Below, piece by piece: positions 12,769 through 25,042 of a DNA stretch of 50,927 bases (positions are counted from its first letter, which is position 1; each line of letters opens with the position of its first letter). The notes below the pieces were generated by a model that saw only the letters and a list, made by a program, of their open reading frames with translations, did not search any database and was not told the origin of the DNA. Source of the DNA: Girardia tigrina (taxonomy: Eukaryota); assembly GCA_001938485.1 (NCBI GenBank), contig MQRK01224578.1, positions 52,130 to 103,056 on the forward strand, read 5' to 3'. Position numbers and translations under genes: made by a program.

Positions 12769-14436
12769 TAAACCATTTAAAGATCAAATTCAAACTTTGA
12801 AAGGTCAAATTCGAAATTTCTAAAGCGAAGTCATCTTATGACAAATGTAGAAAGATTTAATTGTTATCATTTTTTGGTTCGTTTTACTTTGTAGTTCTTT
12901 GTTTATTTATATCATTTGGCAGCTGTATTCACTATTTATAGAACACTGCTTATTTTCCAATTACCTTTTCACATCATCGATAACATTTCGATGCCTAAAT
13001 AGAACTTTTGTTTCAGTCGGTGAGTTCAGTGAAACTTTATTCTATTTTAGCTTCATTAAAGAATATTTTTTTAGTTTTGAATTGCGATTATAGACAGTTT
13101 TTATTTTAAGTTATTTACGATAGTGTATAGGGTAACGAAGAAGTAAAAAAGATAGGTAGTAAAACAGGTGTTTGAAGAGGAGCTTATGAAAGATCAACAT
13201 AAGTTATTCATCGTCGAGTTATACTATCGTATGACAATGGAGAGAATTGGTAAGCGGTAGCGTCAGCCAATGGCACCAAAAGAGGAACTGCTTACGGATG
13301 GATCCGCAAAGTGATACATGTTCAGAAAAAAACCAGAAGCAGATAACAGCCTGAAAAATAAACGGAAAAGAAAAGAATTTGTCGAATCTTTCATGCAGTT
13401 TGGTCTTAATAGCATGTAGTACATTTTATGTATTCATGCACATTTTCTTTTTAAATTTAGGCGAACGGGAATGGAAAATTATTGTACATGGATGAAAGCA
13501 ACGAGAACCTTTTTAAAAAAGAGAAATGGAGAGATCTGCAGTTTGCTAGAGAGCTTTTATGATACTGCTGTCAACAAAAGGCTCCAGTGTGCATATGATT
13601 ATGGTCATGACACAAACTGACGTTGTGCATTTAACGAGAAAGCGTGGATTTTTCAAGACTTGCGATTGTAACAATTGATTGAAGGATGACATAAGCAAGC
13701 TGGTAGAAAAAAAGGAATTCCAGCACAAAATTATGTAATAGTTCAGGATAATGCACAATGGCATTCTCGAATTGAGTCTTTTGAAGAAAATGGATTCACG
13801 ATTTTGCGTCAGGTACCATATTCACCAATGTTAAATCCAGTGGAGTCGGCTTGGAGCGTCATTAAGAGTCATTTGAAACAAAAGGAAGCAGCGTCGGTAA
13901 CAAACAATTTTAACAGCAAACCATTGAGGCCTCTCACAAACGGAATGGTGATTGAGATACGTCGAGAGATTAATTGATTAAGTCTTAGAAACCATTACAC
14001 CTTTGATGACTTTACAAATAGTTCTGGATCATTTCCAATCATTTTTTTCGGATGCTTTGCAAATAAAGGATATTGGACCAGGTCTAGGAAGTTTTTCATA
14101 CGATGAACTTGTATTAATGTTCCTTTTATTTTCAATGATTAGAAATTATATACATACTGAGTAGAGAGAATTGCTTTATATTTTGCATGGTTTATAACTC
14201 ATATTAAATGTACAAGGAAATAAATGAAGAAATATTCAATCTGCATTATTCTTTATCGTGATCGACTCAAAAAATACTCTTACAAAAGATTATAACTGAT
14301 AAATTTGCAAGGGTTTACAAATTATTTACCCTTTAATCTTACAAATTTTGAAATTTGATTTTACAAAATTTGAATTTGGTTTTACGAAATTTGAATTTGA
14401 TCTTTCAAAGTTTGAATTTGATCTTTAAATGGTTTA
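12769..14436 (+). mobile_element. Decayed Tc1/IS630-like DDE transposon
   Basis: Long TIRs AAACCATTTAAAGATCAAATTCAAACTTTGAAAG / CTTTCAAAGTTTGAATTTGATCTTTAAATGGTTT. Broken ORF with YMDESN, QDNAQWHS and PYSPMLNPVESAWS. Confidence 0.85.
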
Positions 14437-14992
14437 GTTTGGGATTAATTTATTCAAACTTTTTCTAACTCTCCCAACATCATTTTCTAATTGCATAATT
14501 AAAATTACTTTGCATTTTCGTATTATAAGATTAACGTAATGAAATATAACGTTATTTAGGATTAAAAATTAAATAACAACCAAAACTCTCATACAACCGT
14601 GGAACTTTATTTTATAACGTATTTAAAAAGTAAGTAACGAAATATATACAACCATTTTAATTGTTAATTAAAAATAATTATTATTAAGTATCTTTTAAAT
14701 TAAAACATTTTAATGTAATTCGAAGAAGAGTTTCTTCGCATATTTAAGCATAGTTTAAGTTGTTTAATTAACAACGCTATAAAGATTTGATAATACGTAT
14801 TAAAGTTGTACAAGAATATTTGTCAATTAAAATTAAAAATTAATTAAATGATAAGTAATATTTATAGATGAATTATTAAGGATTATAGAGAAAAATTTTG
14901 AATCTTTTAATCGTTTTTGTTTTTCTCTAGAATTTTTAATAACCTTGTAACTTATTAAAATAGTGATAAATATTTGATAAAATATTAGTTAA

Positions 14993-16110
14993 CCCTCGTG
15001 CATTTACAATTGTGAGGGTACAAATTTATGGCAGATTTTGTTTAATAAACCACTTTACTCTGTTCGGCTCGACATAACACAATCATGAGAGTATAGAGAA
15101 CAGAAATCACGAATATTTTGTCTCTTGCTTCACCTAAACGCCAATATTGAAACCTTAGAATTTCAACAAATTCTGTTGCAGTTGGCTTTTGCGCCCTTGC
15201 TGTATATTTACTGATAGAGCGCCATTTTCTACGCTGTAGTTTTATGTTTATTGGAAGCTTATTGTCCACAAAAGTTCGTATAACATGTAAATACACATTT
15301 AATCAAGTAATTATTTAAATTTTATACAATATAACATTTTTAATATTTAATATCACATTTGTGAGGTTTGGGTCTCACTATGACGCTTCCTAATGTAAAT
15401 CTTTAATTTCTTCAATCTTTTGCTTATGATTTTTTCATAAAATCTTTAATATTTTAGATTAAACATTTGATTCTTAATAATTACAAGCAGATGGAAATAA
15501 TTATTTTATGAAAATGAAAGAAATAAATACCTTTAACTATCTGAATATATTTGTAGAAAATTGTGGTTATTTTTTATGGTGCAACAAACAGGGAGAATGA
15601 CAATGTTAATTTGGATGATTTGGAAGACATCAATGATGAACATAATGAGTCACTCTTTGTTGAGCCATGCAGCTCACTGAGAATTAGAACGAAACCCATG
15701 CCAAGCACTTTGGCTTTATGCCAACAATTTCGGCTAATTGTGGAGATTATAAATGGCATAAAAGGAAATTTTCACGAATAAACACCACTGAGAAACCAAT
15801 TTATGAAAATATAATTACTGTAATTTTATAATGCTTTGAAGAATGATATTCAATTAACGAGTACTGATGTAAAAGTATGTTTCTTATAATTTTAGGATAA
15901 CCTTACTCCAATTGAGTATTTCTCTAAGTACTTCTCAAAAGATTTGTTTGACCAGTTGACCGTTCACACAAATCAGTAGTATTGCTAAAAGTAAAGAAGG
16001 ACTTCAAAACAACAAAGTTTTTTTTAATACATGCCTTTTATGAGCTGTTTTAAAAATCCTAGGATTAAATTGTACTGGAGTAAACGCTTCAATATGGATG
16101 CCTTCTTGTC
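14993..16110 (+). mobile_element. 5' part of a decayed piggyBac-like element with a 21-nt intron (15875-15895)
   Basis: TTAA|CCCTCG left end and an acidic N-terminus. After GTATGTTTCTTATAATTTTAG comes DNLTPIEYFSKYFSKDLFDQLTVHTNQ, matching the piggyBac TP..YF..F..TN motif. Confidence 0.65.
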
Positions 16111-16541
16111 ATCGACATTGACATATTTGAATCAAATCTTGAAAAATGCTTCTATTTGTATGTATATATAATTTTTATGATTTTCAACTAAAGTTTTTAA
16201 AGAAGTAAAATTCAAGTCGACTTTATTAGTACATTTACAGTCAATTCATATTCTTATGACTTTGGTATTTATATTTTATGAACTTGTTAGATTACACTAA
16301 AAGGTTAGTAATGGTGCGAAAATCCAAAAACATTCAAAGGTTACATAAGTAATGAAAAGATTCTAAAAACAACACACTTTCATACTTGAAATGATAATCT
16401 TCGGTGTTTCTATTTTCAAATGCAAAAGATTGCTCCACTAAAAATTTGAAATATGAATTGAATATGAAACATTTTATTAAAAGACAACAATGATTTTATT
16501 GGATCAATTTTTATTGGATAATTATATATTGCATTACATGC

Positions 16542-16760
16542 TGTGAGGAATATTTTGAATGTTTGATGTTTTGTGTTTGAATGTGTATGTTGATTTGGAA
16601 TTGTGTCTCTCCTTTCCAGATGGATGATTAATATTTTAATTCATATTATCTAAAAATGTGTAATGTTTAAATTTATTTTTAATTTAAAATAATTGTAAAA
16701 TTTTAAATAAGTTAATTAATTTTTACATTTTTTCATAAATAAATCGAATTAATATTTTTT
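16542..16760 (+). mobile_element. 3'-truncated solo-LTR-like element
   Basis: Begins TGTGAGGAATATTT. Nearly identical to 39103-39310 for about 200 bp, then the similarity stops. No direct repeat is recoverable. Confidence 0.75.
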
Positions 16761-17549
16761 GTCCTTTTTCCATAAATTGTCGCTGGTAAATATTCAATAA
16801 ACTACGATGGCTGTGAAAGCAAAATGCAATTTAATAAAATATTTTATGGATTGAAAAATTCACGAAAGAATGAAAAATTCAGTATAAATATAATCAAATT
16901 GTAGATTATTTTTTTATTCTTTGATTTATTATATTCAAGTTGGCAATTTATTGCTATATTAATTACACTTCTTTAGGGAAATTAAAAATATATTAAATTT
17001 TAAAAAATATAAAATTATATTTTTAAGATAGTAATAATGGCATGAAATAAATTTATAATGTACATTATTATAATATTATTTCACATAAAAATCATTACAA
17101 TAACATTAATATTTTTTTTTTAAATAAAGAAATTATTTTTAATGAGTCATTTATAAAAATAATTTTAATAATAAGATTTTATAACAATACTATAAATTAT
17201 TTTATTCTTTATTAATTTACAGAATTAAAATTTCTGCATAACAATATTCTTTTAAAACAAAAACAATTGAATTCCAAATCAAAACAATAATGTAATAAAT
17301 GTAATTTATATTTTAAATTTATGTTAAATAAATTGCTAAGTAAAATATTTTTTGTTAAATTATCTAATGATTTTTTAGATAAATAAATACTAAATTAAAT
17401 CAACGAAATTAGTGAAAAACAAAACTACGAAAAAGACCTTAAAATAATTTAAATAATATTTTTTGAAAATTCAATGTTTTTAAAAATATATTATTTTATT
17501 AAACGTTATCAGAAATGAGAATTAAAATATTAATTCTGTAGAAAATATT

Positions 17550-17765
17550 TGTACTTTGGATTCTTTTGTTTGAGCTGTTGATGATTCGTTTTGGTTTACG
17601 TTTTCAACAGAAGCAGACTTAGAATTCGGAGAAGCTTCACTAATCTGATCAGTGTCTTCCGATTCGGAGTCCGTCGAAACAATGGAGCCACGGCTTTCAT
17701 TATCTGTGCTGGTAGCATCGTTTGATTCTTCATTATCACTTTCAGAACTACTGGATAAGAAATGA
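17550..17765 (-). CDS. Possible exon of an unknown gene, Ser/Glu/Asp-rich (SSSSESDNEESNDATSTDNESRGSIVSTDSESEDTDQ...TKESK)
   Basis: GC-elevated open frame in an extremely AT-rich context. Composition resembles 4936-5248. Confidence 0.4.
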
Positions 17766-19360
17766 TAATGAATTGTGCCCAGAGATGTTTTTAAATAAAA
17801 TATATTTTGAAAGATTTTTGAAATTTAGAAAGAATTTTAATCCAAGTAGAATAATACCATATAAAGATTTTAAAGCATATTTCTTTTTCTTTCAATAATT
17901 GTGAAACCCTTCAAGATGAAGGAGGCAAAAGTATGTTCCAGTGGTAGTCAAGAATTATTATTTAAATTAGTTTTGAGTATGATCTGTTGTACAAAATACT
18001 GCTTTTATTACTTCTGATAGAAATTAACACTATTTCACATAGATGAAATGATGCGTATAAGCTTTTGTAATATTAATAATATCGTTTTACTATTAGATCG
18101 CTTTAAGAAAATTATTCAGAATTAAATAGAAAATTGAAGTCGATTTATCAAAAATAAACAATAAAAAGGACTTATAGTTTTGTTTTATTTTTAGAGCTTT
18201 ATTCTTTGAACATTTACACAATTTAATAAACGCTCAGAAGCACTTCAACTCACACGTTTTAAGTTGAGAACATATAAATGCTCATCAATATCAAATCAAA
18301 ATTAATAAGCCTTTCAACACCGAAAGCCTTGATTAACGCAACAACCTCTTCTCTTCCTAATGCTGCAATAAGAGCAAACTAGCGAAAAAAGCAGTAGTAA
18401 TGTATATATCTATCTATGGATGAGACTTCCTAATTGATTACTCGAGAACAATGAATCGCAATATGTTACTTGGTGTCTCTAATAAAACAGGCATGCAAAA
18501 ACCAAATCAAATATGTTGTATTAATAGAATAATAATATTTTCATTAGAATAGGGTTTTTTTCAAATTTCTAAACTACTGCCAATTTGTGAAAGGCAGACA
18601 AAATCCCTATTGTTTAAGGAACAAAATGAAATCGCTCAATTTTTCAGTAAATAAAACTAAACGGATATTAAATAAATATTTACGTAGTGTATGAACTTAA
18701 GACAAAAGTATAGAAATATTTTTTTTTCAAACTTTTAATTATTATTTCAAATATATCGAACTGCTGTTGTATAATAATTATATAATTGTATAAATTATAA
18801 TGAAAATAATATGGTTCTATAAACTCACTAGAACATAATACTAAATAAATTTTTTATTTTTACACGGTATCTTGCCATGAATTTTTTGAGTAATCAAAAT
18901 AGATTCAAGAAGCTTAAGATAACCATAAACTTTATTTTTATTGAAATACTATTTCTAAGGGTTTTTCCCTTCTTTTTCTCTTCGAATTTCTGTTTTAGAT
19001 ACACTTATTAAACTCAACAAATTTATATCCTAATTATAATAAGTATATAATACATATGTCAAATAAATTTTTTTCGACCTTAGCCGTTGGGCCGTGGGTG
19101 CATCCAATCATGCAAGGCAAGTAATCTGGAGGTGCATATGTCCTCTCCAGGTCTGGATGGCCGTTGGCTTCAAGGATCTCATCCGCCCTTTGCCATGTTT
19201 TGTTTGTTATCCTGTTGGGTATCCACGAACTCTCTTTACCCAGGTTATTTTGGGTAAGGGAGCTGGTTTAGTTACCAACCATCCGACCATAGAACAGGTA
19301 GTACATGTTTACATGGTACATGTTGCAGGCATGCTTGCCTGACCTGACCTGACCTGAAAA

Positions 19361-19473
19361 GCAAATGGTCCGCATATTCACAATCGGTCAACCATATAAA
19401 TACTAACGCAACCGTTGGTTGTTTGACTTCAGAGATCGGACGAGATACGATGTACCCAACCGCGGCCATTGAT
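19361..19473 (-). rRNA. Divergent 5S rRNA gene or pseudogene
   Basis: The minus strand has ATCTCGTCCGATCTCTGAAGTCAAAC, GTTAGTATTTATATGGTTGACCG and GAATA at 5S spacing. Terminal helix CAATGG/CCATTTG, followed by TTTT. About 113 nt, so slightly short at the 5' end. Confidence 0.75.
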
Positions 19474-19844
19474 TATCGGATAAATAATTTACATACAGAA
19501 TTATTTTAGATACAAAGAATCAAAACTGTAGTTAATTCACCATGAATCAGAAATCAGATTTATTATATGAGACCGTAGCAACACATTTTTTCAGATTATC
19601 GGATATCCATTAACCTCTTTAAACTTTTCTCCAATTAGACCTATCAGTGTGTGTTTAAATTTATCATCTCAAGGAGTTATAGATGTCCTCCAAATTTCTC
19701 TGAAGAGTTTCTTTTTGAATAAAGTAAAGAGCCTCAGCATAATTTGAACTACTCTTTCACGTATCAGTTGCTTTGTATGGACTCTGACTTCGCTTTCATT
19801 CCATTTCAGTCTAACTCCAAAGATGAGTTTTACACAATCAACTC

Positions 19845-20275
19845 TATTAACAACATCACAATTTATCATTTATTGACAACACAAACAGATTCTTCACAAC
19901 AATTTTCAGAGAGGATCTTTCCTTGATTGATATAGTTTTTGTTTATGTATTCAAATCTAAAAAAACAATGAATGGGAAAGTTTTTAATATTAATTTTTGA
20001 TTTCTTAAATTTTATTGGATAAAAAGGCATTGCGTAATTTTTTTTAAATGAACATTAATTTTTAAAATATATTAAATTTAATAAGTTAAAATTGTTTACT
20101 GAAAATAATATTAAAATTCATAATTATAAAACTTTAATTAATTAGTACTTAAAACTAATATCATTAGATTCAAATAATCAATCAATAAACATATCAATCT
20201 CATCTGAGTAGGAGAGTTACAAATCAAAACAGCATACAAACAACAAACTTACAACATTCCAAATTATCCCTCACA
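19845..20275 (-). mobile_element. Solo-LTR-like element, subfamily C
   Basis: TATTAACAAC...ATCCCTCACA with the direct repeat AACTC (19840-19844 / 20276-20280). Colinear with 23186-23632. Confidence 0.85.
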
Positions 20276-20537
20276 AACTCGTTTCTGCTATGATATTTAA
20301 AATACACTTAAAATTGAAACTAGATATTTTAATTTTTATATTAAATTACAGATAATTTAAATATTCTATTAAATATTTATACATATCAATTAATTTAAAA
20401 ATGAAACATTATAAAATTTTTAAATATTTAGTAATAGTATCGTTGTTATTAAAAACACAATTTTGAAAGTTTCAACTGTTTTATAATTTCATATTACTAA
20501 CATTTTATAGTGAATATGTTTTAACATTTCAAATGCA

Positions 20538-20763
20538 ATGATTTGAGTATACATAAATGTTTTGGTTAGCTTCGAATTACGGAACTTATTACAGTTTTAA
20601 TATTTATATCCAACAACTTCACACGTTATAACTTTTCCCATCTAAAGAAATATCTTTAGATGGGAAAAGTTATAACGTGTGAAGTTGTTGGATATAAATA
20701 TTAAAACTGTAATAAGTTCCATAATTCGAAGCTAACCAAAACATTTATATATACTCAAATCAT
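20538..20763. repeat. 226-bp palindrome (111-bp arms, 4-nt loop, 2 mismatches)
   Basis: The arms 20538-20648 and 20653-20763 are reverse complements apart from two transitions. Confidence 0.95.
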
Positions 20764-21900
20764 CCGTAATTGTATGTGTACTATCCCATTATAGTTGCGA
20801 CGGTAGATGCTTGAGTAACAAATTTTTATATTTATTAAGAACACCAACATGGGTTTTCAAACTTTTATTTTCATTACAATCAGAATTGTCTTTTGGACAA
20901 CTCTCAGAAAAACTCTCGTCATTCAACATCGTTCTAAATTGATAATTTTTTGTTAATGTTTGTTAATAAACAATTATTCGAACAAATATTTCATTATTTT
21001 CTGATTTTATTTTTAAAATTCAAATTTTGTAGTTTTAGTATTAATTTTTATTTACATATTAATTTTATTTAAAAATTATTTTATGTAAAGAAAGAACATT
21101 TTATTAATTCAAAACTTAGTTAAAACTATTTATTTTATTTAAATTTTAATATGAAGATTTGAAAAGATTTAATATTTTTAATGTTTTTAAATATCTTATG
21201 TTGTACTTTAAAATATAAATTATATAAATTATACTCGAATAATTATTTATCGTGAACATCTAAAATATCAATTTTCCATGTGGGTGGGAGAAATACATTT
21301 CCAAATACTAAACTCAACATACAAAATTCAACAAACCAATTTCAACATACCAAATTGAAAATATTCCTCACAATATTCATTGATTTTGTCATATCTTTAA
21401 TTATTTTGAACTCAAATGTTTTCAGATTATCCGAATGAATTTCTTTCGGTGCTCCGAATCTCAAGATTCATTTCGTCAATACGGTGACTTTAATAGTTTC
21501 TTCATCCTGTTTTCTGACAAAGATATGTGCCTTGCTGCAATATTCTTTTTCTTTCTCCAAGACTTCTTTAGTGGTCCACATATGTCTATGTACAACTTCT
21601 AAAATTTTTCATTTGCGAAAAGTGTCATTCGTTCTTCCTTTGTAGCAATCCTTAATGTTTTACTTTTCTGACATGACAAAGGTTTTATTATTTCATCCCA
21701 GTTGATCATGTCATTATTTTCTCTGATGTATTTCGACAATTTCTCTGCGCTTGTATGTGACAAAGATTATGTATCTGTATGATCCTTTATTCTCTTTTCG
21801 ACTTTGGTATTCAAATTTCCCAGAATTCATCTTCAATGATAAATTTTCTACCTTTACATAAATTAAAGTTCTTTTAATTTCTTCTATTTTTCCTATTGAA
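20764..21900 (-). pseudogene. Gypsy integrase remnant interrupted by a solo-LTR-like element
   Basis: The minus strand reads HTSAEK...CQKSK, then QDEETIK...ILRFGAPKEIHSDN. It resumes beyond the insertion as NIKICYSSIYRRNYNGIV. Confidence 0.65.
20833..21372 (-). mobile_element. Solo-LTR-like element, subfamily B
   Basis: TATTAAGAACAC...TTCCTCACA with the direct repeat ATATT (20828-20832 / 21373-21377). Confidence 0.9.
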
Positions 21901-22004
21901 ATTTGAAAATATCAGATATACCGAGAATGTTTATCTTCCGACTTTATCTTTTATATTTTTGAATCTTCTTAAGCCATCAAGTATTGCATACATGTATTAC
22001 ATAT

Positions 22005-23058
22005 TTGAATAAAAATTGGTGGGCGAAAATCTATAATTTCTTAGAAGGCAATTTTTATGAGATCTTCGAATTGAATTTTTTTCCTATTAAAACGTTGTTC
22101 AAATTGAGGAAGAAATGGTAGTCCGTTGAGGCTAAGTCTGCTGAGTATGAAAAGGATGCAGAAGTTCCCTGTAGTCCCCAGAAGTTCCCTTATCAAAGTC
22201 TTACGTGCAATATGTGGCTCTGCATTGTCGGGGAAAAAGATGAGAGTCGACCTATTTACAAAATGCGGCTGTTTTTCTTAGAGTTTCCGTATCATTTCTT
22301 CAATTGGTTGCAGTAGATATCTACTGTGATCGAAGAACTAAGTTTCATGAAGTCATAATAGATTACACCTGCATTAGACCACAAAAGACTCATTATCAGC
22401 TTCTTTTGATGAAAAGTGTATTTTTTTACTGTGTTTTGGCGCTTCATTCGTGTCAACAAAGCTTACTGAACGTTTGCAATTTTCATATTGAATCAATTTT
22501 TTCTCACAACTGACGATTCCATTCAGAACGTGATCACATTTTTAAACAGAAAGCATCACTAAGACCGTAAGCAAAGGTTTTTGTTTCTGCTTTTCATTCA
22601 ACTCATGTAAAATTCGGTTATCCTACTTTTTCTTTTTTGCTTTGTAACAGCAAACGTTAGCGATAAATCATGAGCACTTTATGATGAATTCGACTCCATG
22701 GTTACCTTCAGTTCTTCATTGTTTACATGCAATTCTAGGCAACCCCGAGACTCATTATTGAGGTTAAAATTACCTATCACGAATTTCCTGAACCAATTTG
22801 AGACCGTTTTCTCCGCAGAATTATTGTATCCGATAATTATTGATGTCTTCCATGGTTTCTGATACTGAAGTTCAACGTAGAAACTCGTACTTCATAATAG
22901 TTCGAATTTCTGACTTCCTTTTTTTTAAATACTGATTATTAAAACAAGTTATCAATAATTTTAATTACTTTTTGATGTTCAATAGCCAAGATATGTAGCA
23001 ATCAAACAAAAAATTTATTATAATCATGCCTACAAATTTCATACTTGACAACCTAATA
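22005..23058 (-). mobile_element. Decayed mariner element
   Basis: 5' TIR TATTAGGTTGTCAAGTATGAAATTTG. Start MKYEFLR at about 22895. Motifs DNAEPH and YSADLASTDYHF. Confidence 0.85.
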
Positions 23059-23185
23059 ATATAGCCATATCTATTTTTTATCGATTGTCTCTTCAAAGCT
23101 ATCCATCGAATACTAATCTCCCCAGAGGTACAAAAAATAATAATTTATATATTTTATTGTTTCATTCAAATAATATTACAATGTC

Positions 23186-23632
23186 TATTAGCAAGATCAT
23201 AATTTGAGTGTAAACATTTCTTAACAACACAAACATTTTCATTAGCAGTTTCTGTAGGAAGCATCTTTTTTGATTAATGTCTTTGTAGCTATATTCAAAT
23301 CTCTAAATTAATTAATGAGATAAGAATAAAATATTAACTTTTAATTTCTTAAAATTTTATTGGATAAAAATGCATTAATTAATTTTTAAAATCAACATTA
23401 GTTTTTAAAATATAAATAATTCAATAATTTAAATCGTTTACTAAAAATATTATTAAACTCTATAATTATAAAACTTTTAATTAATTAGTATTTAAACATT
23501 AATCTCATTAAATTAATTTCATTAGATTTAAATAATTAATCAATAACATATCAATCACATCTGAATAGGAGAGTCACCAATCTAAACAGCATACAAACAA
23601 CAAACCTACAACATTCCGAATTTTCCCTCACA
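23186..23632 (-). mobile_element. Solo-LTR-like element, subfamily C
   Basis: TATTAGCAAG...TTCCCTCACA with the direct repeat ATGTC (23181-23185 / 23633-23637). Confidence 0.85.
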
Positions 23633-23794
23633 ATGTCTATTAATTTTGCTTCACATAGTGTTAATATTTTATAGATCAAATTACTTTATTTGTTTTATTT
23701 ATATCTTTTTTATAAAGAAATTTAAAGATTTCAATTATTCCCATCTATCATCTTAATTAATTAAAATATATATTAATTAAAATATTATTTATAA

Positions 23795-25042
23795 TCACCT
23801 GGAGTCATCAAAAAAGTCTCTAGTTTCGACAGTTTCGTTAAAAGTGACGCTCTTCGGTCGTGTAAGACTTTTACCAGCCGGTGATTTCCGTTGTTCGTTC
23901 TCCGCCATTTCGAGATCAATTCGAGTTTTGTCTTTTTCACGTTTCACTATATCGATATTCGTCGTCGCATTCGATTGAGTTTCGGGTATTTTCAACTGAA
24001 TTTGTTTAATTTTTGCCGGCTCTGATTCGGTTTTTAAGGAATTGGCATTCGCAAATAATTCCTCATTCGAAACGGGTTTAATATCAGAATAAACAACATC
24101 AATATCCAACATTGCTTCTTTTCGACGCTGTTTTCGATACTCTTCAACTTCTTGTTTTACCTGAAGATAGAGACTCTGGGGCTTGGAATTCTGGAAAAGC
24201 AACGGCGTGTTTTTCCCATCAGATGATGACTTGTTGGGTTGGGATATCAGCGACGGTTTTCGATTAGGATTATAAATCAACGCATCGGTTTTATAGGATT
24301 TCACGTAGTACTTGGCAGAAACATCTCTATTCGAATTGATAGAAGAAGAGTTATCGGTTATAACGGGTGCTGCAGTAGTTGGTCGAATTTTATCACGAAG
24401 TTTTTGATTGAAATTGTCATTAAAAAAACCCCCAGAAAAATTTGAGACATTTTCCGTGAGAATTGAGTCCTTTTTAGGATGAGAGTTTGGAGTTAAAACA
24501 GTCGTTGGTTGTATTTTATGGATCAATTTATCATTAGAATGAGTTACAGCGGGGATCGTTTCGATTGGTTTTGAGAGATCATTCGAAAGTTTTCGTTGGA
24601 GGTTTTCCGAATTATCGGTTCGAGTGGATTGGAGACGTAGAAAGACATTGTCGGAGAAATCGTTTGTTTTTAAATTTTTCGAAGATAGTTTAATAAAATT
24701 ATGACCGTATTGCAATGGATTATTATTATTATTAGTGTTACTATTATTATTATTGATATTATTTTCTCTGTTAAATAAACTCGTCGATTTTAACCGATCT
24801 AAACTCAGTGGCTTTAAATATGGATCAGAAATTATCGATCGTTTTTCAGGATTGCCATTGACATTACCGTTTAACCGCGAGAAATTGTGTAAGAGATTAT
24901 TGAGACTAGATTGAGAACTCAAACCGAATTCCATGAAAGGAAACGGTGACGAAAATCCATTCGGTGATTGATTAACGAATTTATGGAAATTCGGTCGTTG
25001 GATTTGATCACGATGGAACACTGGATTTTCTTTATTCATCAT
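23795..25042 (-). CDS. 415-aa hypothetical Asn/Ser-rich, probably disordered protein with a C-terminal RVxF-like motif (KSVTF)
   Basis: Long uninterrupted ORF with higher GC than its flanks. No recognisable domain. Confidence 0.75.
   Translation of the reverse strand: MMNKENPVFHRDQIQRPNFHKFVNQSPNGFSSPFPFMEFGLSSQSSLNNLLHNFSRLNGNVNGNPEKRSIISDPYLKPLSLDRLKSTSLFNRENNINNNNSNTNNNNNPLQYGHNFIKLSSKNLKTNDFSDNVFLRLQSTRTDNSENLQRKLSNDLSKPIETIPAVTHSNDKLIHKIQPTTVLTPNSHPKKDSILTENVSNFSGGFFNDNFNQKLRDKIRPTTAAPVITDNSSSINSNRDVSAKYYVKSYKTDALIYNPNRKPSLISQPNKSSSDGKNTPLLFQNSKPQSLYLQVKQEVEEYRKQRRKEAMLDIDVVYSDIKPVSNEELFANANSLKTESEPAKIKQIQLKIPETQSNATTNIDIVKREKDKTRIDLEMAENEQRKSPAGKSLTRPKSVTFNETVETRDFFDDSR

Noticed and set aside
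444-23632. CRISPR array or any prokaryotic system
   Set aside because: The repeats are dispersed with TSDs, there are no regular spacers or cas genes, and the context is eukaryotic.
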